Of a DNA stretch of 63,639 nucleotides, positions 36,973 through 44,596 are shown piece by piece. Location of the stretch: the NCBI GenBank assembly GCA_964570465.1, contig CAZMYG010000002.1, positions 1 through 63,639 of the forward strand, in the 5' to 3' direction. The position numbers and the translations under genes were made by a program. The first letter of the stretch is position 1, and each line of letters starts with the position of its first letter. The notes beneath the pieces were generated by a model. It was not told the DNA's origin and did not search any database. It was given only the letters and a program-made list of their open reading frames with translations. The stretch is from an uncultured Planctomycetales bacterium. GTDB taxonomy: Bacteria; Planctomycetota; UBA1135; CAZMYG01.

Positions 36973-37809
36973 ATGGGTCTTCGGATAAATACCAACATTG
37001 CGGCAATCGACGCGCAACGCAACCTGTCCGCCGTGACGGGGCGATTGTCGAAGAACTTTGCCCACTTGTCTTCTGGTTTGAGATTGACTGGTGCGGCAGA
37101 CGGTGCTGCTGAACTCGCTCAGGCAGAACGCTTGGGTGCTGACGTACGCGCCTACAACCAAGCACTTCGTAACTCGAACGACGCAGTTTCGCTCGCGCAA
37201 ACTGCGGACGGTGCGGCTGGCGAAGTCGGTGACATTTTGAAACGCTTGAAGGAAATCGTTCTGCAAGCGAAGAACGGTACGGTACAGAACGCGGATAAAG
37301 ATACGTTGAACACAGAGTTCAGCGACTTGATCAACGAAATCGACCGAATCGCTTCGACCACCAAGTTCAATAACATTGCCTTGTTGGACGGAACGAATTC
37401 GTTGATTACCTTCCAAGTCGGTATCTCGAGTTCTTCGAACGATACGATCAGCGTGTCCTTGTCCGATCTCGATAAAACTGCTCTATCTTTGACAAGCTTG
37501 AACACTTCTTCACTCGTCACTGGTGGACAGTTGGATACTGCACTCTCTCGAGTAGATAGTGCAATCGATACGGTCAACAATGCTCGCGGTCGTGCGGGTG
37601 CTGCTTTGAGCCGATTGAATTCGACACAAAGCATCTTGGCGATCACCGCCCAGAACCTCGATGCCGCTCGTTCGCGAATTCGAGACGTGGACGTCGCCTT
37701 CGAAACGTCCGACTTGACCCGTAACTCAATCATCCAGCAATCGGCTATTGCGATCTTGGCTCAGGCCAATATCCGACCGAATGCGGCTCTCTCGCTGCTG
37801 CAAGGTTAA
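36973..37809 (+). CDS. fliC: Flagellin (short, D0/D1-only size)
   Basis: N-terminus MGLRINTNIAAIDAQRNLS...LSSGLRL. C-terminus RSRIRDVDVAFETSDLTRNSIIQQSAIAILAQANIRPNAALSLLQG. 278 aa; SD AAGGAG lies 6 nt upstream. Confidence 0.95.
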   Translation: MGLRINTNIAAIDAQRNLSAVTGRLSKNFAHLSSGLRLTGAADGAAELAQAERLGADVRAYNQALRNSNDAVSLAQTADGAAGEVGDILKRLKEIVLQAKNGTVQNADKDTLNTEFSDLINEIDRIASTTKFNNIALLDGTNSLITFQVGISSSSNDTISVSLSDLDKTALSLTSLNTSSLVTGGQLDTALSRVDSAIDTVNNARGRAGAALSRLNSTQSILAITAQNLDAARSRIRDVDVAFETSDLTRNSIIQQSAIAILAQANIRPNAALSLLQG

Positions 37810-37833
37810 TCCAGTAACGAGAAGTTCCGATAA
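37807..37833 (+). promoter_or_regulatory. Sigma-28-like element TAAT-N15-TCCGATAA overlapping the flagellin stop codon
   Basis: The spacing is canonical and the -10 is identical to the one at 62901-62908. The -35 matches 3 of 4 positions. It would drive flaG-fliD-fliS. Confidence 0.3.
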
Positions 37834-37837
37834 TAGC

Positions 37838-37867
37838 TCAGGGAGGCGGTGGCAACCGCCTCCCTGA
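37838..37867 (+). terminator. Strong GC-rich hairpin downstream of flagellin, with no U-tract
   Basis: CAGGGAGGCGGT-GGCA-ACCGCCTCCCTG forms 12 perfect Watson-Crick pairs, plus a flanking T-A pair, with a 4-nt loop. It is followed by ATTCGCC rather than a T-run. Confidence 0.45.
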
Positions 37868-37938
37868 TTCGCCTTGTAGGCGGGGTTTCATATCCGCCTG
37901 GCATAGGAAGAAGGTAGGTGAAAGGAAAGAGGCCAAAC

Positions 37939-38277
37939 ATGGAAGCAGCAAATCCAGTGTTTGGAGGAGGGGCAAGCCCGGTTCGAAAGGACCAGGCCGT
38001 GAACGGAGCGAAGGCTCAAGTTTCACAAAAGGAAGATCGAAAAGAAGTTCCACAAGACGGAGCTTCGAGCGAGTCTTTAGTGCAAGGTCCGCTGAGCGGA
38101 GAAGGCGATAACTATTCGCTAACTTACTCGGTGGATCGAGATACGAAAGAAGTCATTACGAAAATCGTCGACGCGAAAAGCGGCGAGGTATTGCGAGAAG
38201 TTCCAGCAAAGGAATTGAGGAACGCGAAGAAAGCGTTGGAGGATTATCAGAAGTTGTTGTTCGATCAAGGCGCATAA
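37939..38277 (+). CDS. flaG: FlaG family protein
   Basis: The C-terminal block YSVDRDTKEVITKIVDAKSGEVLREVPAKEL is the typical FlaG signature. ATG 37939 has GGAAAGAGG upstream; the track start at 37918 is GTG. Confidence 0.75.
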   Translation: MEAANPVFGGGASPVRKDQAVNGAKAQVSQKEDRKEVPQDGASSESLVQGPLSGEGDNYSLTYSVDRDTKEVITKIVDAKSGEVLREVPAKELRNAKKALEDYQKLLFDQGA

Positions 38278-38292
38278 CAGAGAGGAGTAGAT

Positions 38293-39759
38293 ATGGCGAT
38301 CAATTCTTTGGGATTGGGTTCCAGCTCTGGAATTAGTATTGCTGGTATCTCCAGTGGGTTGAACACAACAGCGATCATTGATGCGTTACTTGGCGTCGAA
38401 ACTAGAGCCATCAAACAGCCACTTCTGGATCGCAAATCGACACTTCAGTCTAAGCTCAGTGCCCTTTCTTCTTTTGAAACCAGGCTCAACACACTCAAGA
38501 GCAAGGCGGCTGAGTTAGATCGCCTTTCTGAAATTCTCGCTTACAGCGCGACTCCCTCTAATGAGAATGCTTTGACGGCGACCGCCGACGGCACGGCTGT
38601 CGAAGGTACCCATACGATCACGATTACATCGACCGCCAAGGCGGAGTCGGATGCGCAGCAAACAGGGTATGAAGATCCAGATACAACAACGGTGGGAACT
38701 GGAACGTTGACGATTAACTATGCGGGCACGGTTTACAACATCACGATCAATTCCGGCAATAACACCCTCAATGGAGTAGCTAACGCGATCAACAGTACAG
38801 CGACTTTGAATGAGTCTTTAGGGGCAACCGTAGTGAATACAGCCGCCAGTGGACAAACCCCCGTTTATAAATTGATCTTGACCTCGAAGGAAACAGGGAA
38901 GGTCGATGGTTACACCAATGTGATCAATGTCACAGCAGTTCCTAGCGGAGGAACTGGACCAGCCTTGTCTTTTACGAATTTAGTTCCAGCTACAAACGCC
39001 GTGTTGACCGTCGATGGAATTTCTGGAATCGAGCGAACGAGCAATACGATCTCCGGCAGTGTTGACGATGAGAGTGTGATCATTCCTGGCGTGACTTTGA
39101 ATCTGCTTTCGAGTGCGAGCGAATTTACGCTCACGGTAGGCAAAGACACGGAATCAGTGAAGGAGAAGATTCAGGAATTCGTCGACGCCTATAACGATCT
39201 TGCGCGATTTATCAAAACGCAGCAAAAGAAGACCGAAGGGCAAAATGTCAATCCGCTTTTCAATGATATTTCTCTCTCCGTTGCGTCTTCGAGACTTCCT
39301 GCGCTTCTTGCCAGTGTTCAGAACACTTCTCTCGACACGGATAGCCTCGCGCATAATTTGGCGCAAATTGGAATTACCGTTCAAACAGACAAAACACTCA
39401 AGATCGATAGTGATGCTCTGGATGATGCCTTGGATAGCGATTTCGAAGATGTTGGGCGTCTTTTTTCCGAGAGCGAAACGGGCGGCACCGATGGAGTAGC
39501 GAAACAAATCTACGATTTCATTCAGGATTTCATTAGCGGAACAACGGTGGATGGAGTGAGTTCCAAGGGTCTCATTAGCTCGGTTCGCGAGCAGACGGAC
39601 AGTCGAATTTCTACGATCAACGATCAATTAGTTCGGGCGGATACGCGGCTGTCAAAATACCAAGACCGCTTGACGAAACAGTTTTCAATCTTGGAACAGA
39701 CTTTAGGGCGTTTGCAAACACAGGGAAGTTTCTTAGGACAATCCCAATTCCAAACCTAA
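38293..39759 (+). CDS. fliD: Filament cap protein FliD
   Basis: N-terminus ISIAGISSGLNTTAIIDALLGVETRAIKQPL, a C-terminal coiled coil (YQDRLTKQFSILEQTLGRLQTQ), and 488 aa. Confidence 0.9.
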   Translation: MAINSLGLGSSSGISIAGISSGLNTTAIIDALLGVETRAIKQPLLDRKSTLQSKLSALSSFETRLNTLKSKAAELDRLSEILAYSATPSNENALTATADGTAVEGTHTITITSTAKAESDAQQTGYEDPDTTTVGTGTLTINYAGTVYNITINSGNNTLNGVANAINSTATLNESLGATVVNTAASGQTPVYKLILTSKETGKVDGYTNVINVTAVPSGGTGPALSFTNLVPATNAVLTVDGISGIERTSNTISGSVDDESVIIPGVTLNLLSSASEFTLTVGKDTESVKEKIQEFVDAYNDLARFIKTQQKKTEGQNVNPLFNDISLSVASSRLPALLASVQNTSLDTDSLAHNLAQIGITVQTDKTLKIDSDALDDALDSDFEDVGRLFSESETGGTDGVAKQIYDFIQDFISGTTVDGVSSKGLISSVREQTDSRISTINDQLVRADTRLSKYQDRLTKQFSILEQTLGRLQTQGSFLGQSQFQT

Positions 39760-39771
39760 ACGGATAAAAAT

Positions 39772-40170
39772 ATGCCGAGGCCAAATCTTGCGACAAGGGA
39801 GTATCTTAAAAATCTGGTTTTTAATGCGCCTAGACTCAAACTCGTGCAAATGCTCTACGATGAAGCGGTTTCAAGTTTGAATCGTGCGGAGAAACATTTG
39901 GATAGTGGCGACATGATTCGTTTCCGCGCATCGCTTGTAAAGGCACAAGAAATCGTCGGGGAGCTTTTTGCGAGCTTGAATTATGAGCAGGGCGGAGAAA
40001 TCGCAGATAATCTTGCTGCTCTCTATCAATTCAGTATCACTCAATTAATCGACGCAAATTTAAACAAGGCCAAGGCCTCGATTCAGACCGTTCAGCGGAT
40101 TCTCTCTACTCTCGAGGCGGCATGGGACAATATTTCGGATGAAAACCCTTCAGCAGGAAGATTGCAATGA
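39772..40170 (+). CDS. fliS: Flagellin chaperone FliS
   Basis: YLKNLVFNAPRLKLVQMLYDEAVSSL..., IVGELFASLNYEQGGEIADNLAALYQF; 132 aa. Confidence 0.9.
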   Translation: MPRPNLATREYLKNLVFNAPRLKLVQMLYDEAVSSLNRAEKHLDSGDMIRFRASLVKAQEIVGELFASLNYEQGGEIADNLAALYQFSITQLIDANLNKAKASIQTVQRILSTLEAAWDNISDENPSAGRLQ

Positions 40171-40535
40171 ATTCCACAACGGCATATTTGGAGGACCTGA
40201 TTGAGAAAACCACTCGCTGGCTTGCTGCTATTGACGAAGGCGATTTCAAAGCGTTGGAAGTGATGGGGTCGATCTGTGAACAGTCTCTCGCTCGTTTTCA
40301 GCAGGAAGGGACTTCACAATTTTCCGATTCGCTGCAAGACGCAGCAGAACGCGAGAGAGTCAAACTTCTCCTGGAAAAACTTCGGGGATTGACCGCTCTG
40401 TGCATTTCGAGGGCTCAAGAAAAACAACGGGAAGTAGCGGTATCGCTTGAGAAGACTCAGTCTGCAAGGCAAGTATTAGAAGCCTTGAGTGCGACCGAAG
40501 TTGAGCAGGTATCGAGCGTTGACCAAAGCGCGTGA
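40167..40535 (+). CDS. Helical 122-aa protein, possibly a FliT/FlgN-like export chaperone
   Basis: ATGA overlap with the fliS stop. The segment WLAAIDEGDFKALEVMGSICEQSL resembles the FliT A..G.W..L pattern. This is a weak similarity judged by eye. Confidence 0.4.
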   Translation: MNSTTAYLEDLIEKTTRWLAAIDEGDFKALEVMGSICEQSLARFQQEGTSQFSDSLQDAAERERVKLLLEKLRGLTALCISRAQEKQREVAVSLEKTQSARQVLEALSATEVEQVSSVDQSA

Positions 40536-42586
40536 CGCGGCACCGTCCACGCTGTATGGCAAGAAGGAAGGAGACGATGTATCTCGCATTAGTTCTGCCC
40601 CTTATTCAAACCATTGAACTCGCTTCCATAGAGGAACTTCAGTCCTCCCAAATTCAAGCGCAGGCCTCTTTCGGCAGTTCTGTTGCGGTTGTTCCAGATC
40701 TTGATGGCGATGGTGTCGCGGATTTCGCCGTCGGAGCCGACCGAGAAGATTTGGGAGAAGATCTTGAGGATGCGGGAGCGGTCTATGTGTTCTCTTCGGC
40801 AACGAGGAACGTTTTGCATCGCGTCGTCTCGCCAACCCCTACTGCCGCGGGATTTTTCGGCGTATCTGTCGCTGGGATTGAAGATCTCGATGGAGATGGC
40901 GCTGGAGAAATATTGGTCGGCACTTATTCAGAATGGGGAGGCGGTGCCCCGGTGAGCTCTGGGCGCGCGCATCTATTTTCTGGCGCAAGCGGAAATTGGA
41001 TTCGTAGTTTTATCTCTCCAAACCAGCAAGGCTTTGCTTACTTCGGAAAGTCCGTTGCCGCGATTCCCGATGTCAACGGTGATGGCAAGATGGATCTCTT
41101 AATTGGGGCGCATGGAGAAAACTTAGGTCCAGGGCTTCAGGATGCTGGACGTGCGTATGTGTTTTCCGGTGCGACAGGAAATCTCATTCGGACTTTAGTT
41201 TCTCCATTCCCCGAGGCTTTCGGATTATTCGGTTATGCGGTGTGCGGAATCGAGGATCTCGATCAAGACGGTCGCGGCGATGCTTTGATTGGAGCGCGAT
41301 TGGAGAATCCGGGAACAACGCCAATTGACGCTGGACGAGCCTATGTGTTTTCCGCTTGGACGGGAACTGTAATCCGTTCTATAGGTTCTCCCAACGAAGA
41401 GGGAAATGGACAATTTGGATTTTCTACTGCTGTCGTTCCGGATACCGATGGAGATGGTTTAGATGAAATTTTAGTTGGGGCCTATTTAGAAGATTCGAAT
41501 CACATTCCTCAACCTCCTCCGAATCCTCCACCTGCGCCACCAGAAGATGTTGGTCGCGCCTATCTTTTTTCTGGCTCGACGGGAAAACTTTTACGGACAT
41601 TCGAATCTGAAAATGAGGAAAATTCTGGACAATTCGCTTATTCGGTCTGCGGTGTCCCCGATGTCGATGGAGATGGATTTGGAGACATTCTCATCGCGGC
41701 GCATCAAGAGAACCTCTCTGAGGAACTCGAATCTGCAGGTCGCGCCTATCTTTTTTCTGGTTCGACGGGTCTTCTCCTACATGTGCTCACTTCGCCACAT
41801 CGTGAATCCTTCGGGAGTTTTGGATTCGCGCTTGCCTCTGCGCCGGATTTAGATGGAGATGGAGCCGGAGAAATTTTGGTGAGCGCGAGTGGTGAGAAAA
41901 TTTCCCAGACAGAATTGGGAGCAGGACGTGCCTATTTCATCAGTTGTCTTGTCGATTCCGATAACGATGGAGTCGGAGATCCGTGTGATCAATGCCCTGG
42001 ATTTGATGACACTCTCGATGCAGATTTCGATGGAATACCAAACGATTGCGACCCGACACCATTTCCGGAAATCATTGCGAGCAATCCCCCAAATGGAATC
42101 ATCGATGCGCGTCAACCAAGCCCCATTACCGGTGGAGCAGCGATGGGCTTTCAACAGATTCAATTAACGTTTTCTGGAAATGGAGTGGCGACGCATTTGC
42201 TCGCGTCGGATCTTGCCGTTTCGGAAGAAGGAGGCGATGGAGTTGCGCCAAACATCAGCGCGATAGAAGCCCTGGACCCGAATGTGGCGTTGGTTAGTTT
42301 GAGCGCCCCTGTTCAAGCGGGCGCCTGGACGCGGATCCGCTACATTCTCAGTGGGAGCGAAATTCGTTTTGGTTATTTGCCTGCCGATGTCAATGGAGAT
42401 GGTTACAGCGCGCCTATGGATATTTTGTATTTGATCAATTACTTCAACGGAGTAGTTTCGCTCCCAATTTGGTCGGCGGATATCAATCGCAACGGACTTG
42501 CTCATCAGTCCGATATTTTACGAGTGGTCGATTTGCTCAATGGTGCGGATGCTTTTGATCCTTGGATTGGCAGAACACTGCCGTAG
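40532..42586 (+). CDS. Seven-repeat FG-GAP (integrin-alpha-like beta-propeller) protein with a TSP3-like Ca-binding linker and a C-terminal dockerin-like domain
   Basis: Seven copies of FG..VA...D(L/V)DGDG..(D/E)(I/L)L(V/I)GA....AGRAY(V/L)FS. Then DSDNDGVGDPCDQCPGFDDTLDADFDGIPNDCDP. Then ADVNGDGYSAPMDILYLINYFNG...ADINRNGLAHQSDILRVVDLLNG. The start is ambiguous: GTG 40532 (GTGA overlap), ATG 40556 (MARRKETMYLALVLPL, signal-like), or ATG 40577 (good SD GGAAGGAG). Confidence 0.8.
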   Translation: MTRHRPRCMARRKETMYLALVLPLIQTIELASIEELQSSQIQAQASFGSSVAVVPDLDGDGVADFAVGADREDLGEDLEDAGAVYVFSSATRNVLHRVVSPTPTAAGFFGVSVAGIEDLDGDGAGEILVGTYSEWGGGAPVSSGRAHLFSGASGNWIRSFISPNQQGFAYFGKSVAAIPDVNGDGKMDLLIGAHGENLGPGLQDAGRAYVFSGATGNLIRTLVSPFPEAFGLFGYAVCGIEDLDQDGRGDALIGARLENPGTTPIDAGRAYVFSAWTGTVIRSIGSPNEEGNGQFGFSTAVVPDTDGDGLDEILVGAYLEDSNHIPQPPPNPPPAPPEDVGRAYLFSGSTGKLLRTFESENEENSGQFAYSVCGVPDVDGDGFGDILIAAHQENLSEELESAGRAYLFSGSTGLLLHVLTSPHRESFGSFGFALASAPDLDGDGAGEILVSASGEKISQTELGAGRAYFISCLVDSDNDGVGDPCDQCPGFDDTLDADFDGIPNDCDPTPFPEIIASNPPNGIIDARQPSPITGGAAMGFQQIQLTFSGNGVATHLLASDLAVSEEGGDGVAPNISAIEALDPNVALVSLSAPVQAGAWTRIRYILSGSEIRFGYLPADVNGDGYSAPMDILYLINYFNGVVSLPIWSADINRNGLAHQSDILRVVDLLNGADAFDPWIGRTLP

Positions 42587-42638
42587 TGTTAGCATCCCGC
42601 GCATTCGGCGGTCTTGAATTCATTTTTAAGGAGGGACT

Positions 42639-43412
42639 ATGTCATTTCGATTACTGCTGCTGGTTTTCTTGCTGTCATTTTGTTCTGGCTGTGCTTTGGT
42701 TGGATTAGGAGGAAGCGATTACCTGATCCAAGCAGAAGTCGGTATGTTCCAAATTAGCCCGGATGGGAATTTGGCTCTCGAAGACGGGAGTGGTCTCACG
42801 ACGGACAACTCATTAGAGGATCTTGGCCTAGATGACTCGGAGTCCCGACCTTATGCAAAAGCTTCGCTGCGATTGGGCTCGAATGAAATTTCTCTCTCTG
42901 GTTTTCAGATGGATTCCAGTGGTTCCGGTACTGTGACAGCCGCATTCGGTAATATCACCGCAGGAACTCCGGTCCAGTCCTCTCTGGAAATGACCAATGC
43001 AAAATTACTTTATCGTTGGTATCTCGTCGATTTGCCGATGATCAGCGTGGGTCCCGGAATTGGATTCGACTATATCGATATCAACGCCACGGCCACGGCG
43101 AGTTCTCTTTCGCTGACGGAAGAATTTGATGGCAAAGCCCCAATTCCAATGCCTGGAATTTCGGCAGAGTTTCGTCTCGGAGGATTGAGAGCATTCGCGG
43201 ATCTCTACGGGATGAAGGCAGATGTTGCGGATATTGATGGAACATTCTTGGATCTTGAAGGAGGTGTTCGTTATTCACCGATTTCCAAAGTGGAAGCAAC
43301 GCTTGGCTATCGTCTGATCAGTATCGATATCTCTGGCAAGGATGGAACACGTGATTTTGATGTGGATTATTCTTTGCCCGGTTTGTTCTTTAGTGCAGGT
43401 ATTCGTTTCTAA
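42639..43412 (+). CDS. Outer-membrane beta-barrel protein
   Basis: Signal peptide MSFRLLLLVFLLSFCSGCALVG, alternating hydrophobic beta-strand pattern, and a C-terminal aromatic residue (FFSAGIRF). SD AAGGAGG. Confidence 0.6.
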   Translation: MSFRLLLLVFLLSFCSGCALVGLGGSDYLIQAEVGMFQISPDGNLALEDGSGLTTDNSLEDLGLDDSESRPYAKASLRLGSNEISLSGFQMDSSGSGTVTAAFGNITAGTPVQSSLEMTNAKLLYRWYLVDLPMISVGPGIGFDYIDINATATASSLSLTEEFDGKAPIPMPGISAEFRLGGLRAFADLYGMKADVADIDGTFLDLEGGVRYSPISKVEATLGYRLISIDISGKDGTRDFDVDYSLPGLFFSAGIRF

Positions 43413-43420
43413 CCCTTCCT

Positions 43421-44596
43421 TTGAATGACCGTGCCGAGTTCGAGCAAGCACAGCTCATTTTCCAGGAGGCGGTGTCGCATAAAAATGCCGGACGCCTGGA
43501 AAATGCGGAACAACTCTATCGCCAACTCTTAGCGAAATACCCAGAACTTTTTGAAGCTTGGCATAACCTTGCCAATGTTTTGAAAGTGCAGGGGAAATTT
43601 AATCCTGCATTGGAATGCTACCGGAAAGCTCTTTCTCTGCGTCCCGACGATGCCGAGACTCAATTCAATCAAGCAACAACTTATTTACTGTTGGGGGAAT
43701 GGGAAAAGGGTTGGCAGGGATATGAGTCGCGGCTTGCCTTGAAAACGACGAAGCGTGCGAACGCTCTCCCGATCTGGCGTGGCGAAGATATTTCTTCCAA
43801 GGGAATCTTGGTTTATCCAGAGCAAGGTTTTGGAGATGCCATCCAATTTGCTCGCTATCTTCCGCTTCTTCGCGAACGAGCAGAGCGAGTGTATTTTGAA
43901 TCACCAGCTCCATTGCGCCGATTGTTTGAGACTTTGCAAGGAGTCGACGCTTTTGTTGATCCAGGCGAAACAATGCCGCAATGTGCGCTCCAAGTTTCTC
44001 TTTTGAGCCTTCCTAAAATTCTGAATATTCATGTAGATAAAGTTCTTCCTTGCATCCCTTATTTTGCAGTGAAAGAGGAGTGGAAGCGTGCGCAAACTCT
44101 GAATCCCTCTAAAAACGATCTCAAAGTAGGTTTCTGTTGGGCAGGGAATCCGCAATATGGTCAAGATCGTTTTCGATCGACTTCGCTAGACATTTGGAAA
44201 CCGTTATTTCGTATTCCTGGAATTTCTTGGTTTAGCTTGCAAAAGGGAGAGCCCTCTAGAGTTTTAGAAACATTTGAATTCCGGGAAACAATTGTTCCGT
44301 TGGGGGAAAAGCTCCAAGACTTTGCCGATACGGCAGCTGCCATTTCCCAACTCGATCTTATTATCAGCACAGATACGGCTGTTCCTCATCTAGCAGGGGC
44401 ATTGGGCAAGCCAGTTTGGTTGTTGCTTTCCTTGGTGCCTGATTGGCGATGGTTACTTGATCGGCAGGATTCGCCTTGGTACCCCAGTATGAAACTTTTT
44501 CGACAAATTCAACGAGAGGATTGGGGGAGTGTTATCGAGGAGTTGCGCCGCGAGCTGCAAGAACGGATTGGAGTGAATCGACAACTTCTTCCATAA
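43421..44596 (+). CDS. TPR + GT9-like glycosyltransferase (single module)
   Basis: N-terminal TPRs (AEQLYRQLLAKYPELFEAWHNLANVL...). The catalytic part has EQGFGDAIQFARYLPLL, VGFCWAGNPQ, FADTAAAISQLDLIISTDTAVPHLAGALGKPVWLLL and PDWRWLLDRQDSPWYPSMKLFRQ. TTG start as given in the track. Confidence 0.7.
   Translation: MNDRAEFEQAQLIFQEAVSHKNAGRLENAEQLYRQLLAKYPELFEAWHNLANVLKVQGKFNPALECYRKALSLRPDDAETQFNQATTYLLLGEWEKGWQGYESRLALKTTKRANALPIWRGEDISSKGILVYPEQGFGDAIQFARYLPLLRERAERVYFESPAPLRRLFETLQGVDAFVDPGETMPQCALQVSLLSLPKILNIHVDKVLPCIPYFAVKEEWKRAQTLNPSKNDLKVGFCWAGNPQYGQDRFRSTSLDIWKPLFRIPGISWFSLQKGEPSRVLETFEFRETIVPLGEKLQDFADTAAAISQLDLIISTDTAVPHLAGALGKPVWLLLSLVPDWRWLLDRQDSPWYPSMKLFRQIQREDWGSVIEELRRELQERIGVNRQLLP
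44438..44487. repeat. Left arm of a perfect 50-bp inverted repeat
   Basis: The sequence cctgattggcgatggttacttgatcggcaggattcgccttggtaccccag has its exact reverse complement at 44641-44690, checked base by base. Confidence 0.95.

Noticed and set aside
37152-37733. 193-aa minus-strand ORF antisense to flagellin
   Set aside because: The flagellin frame is unequivocal. The antisense ORF has no SD or domain signal.
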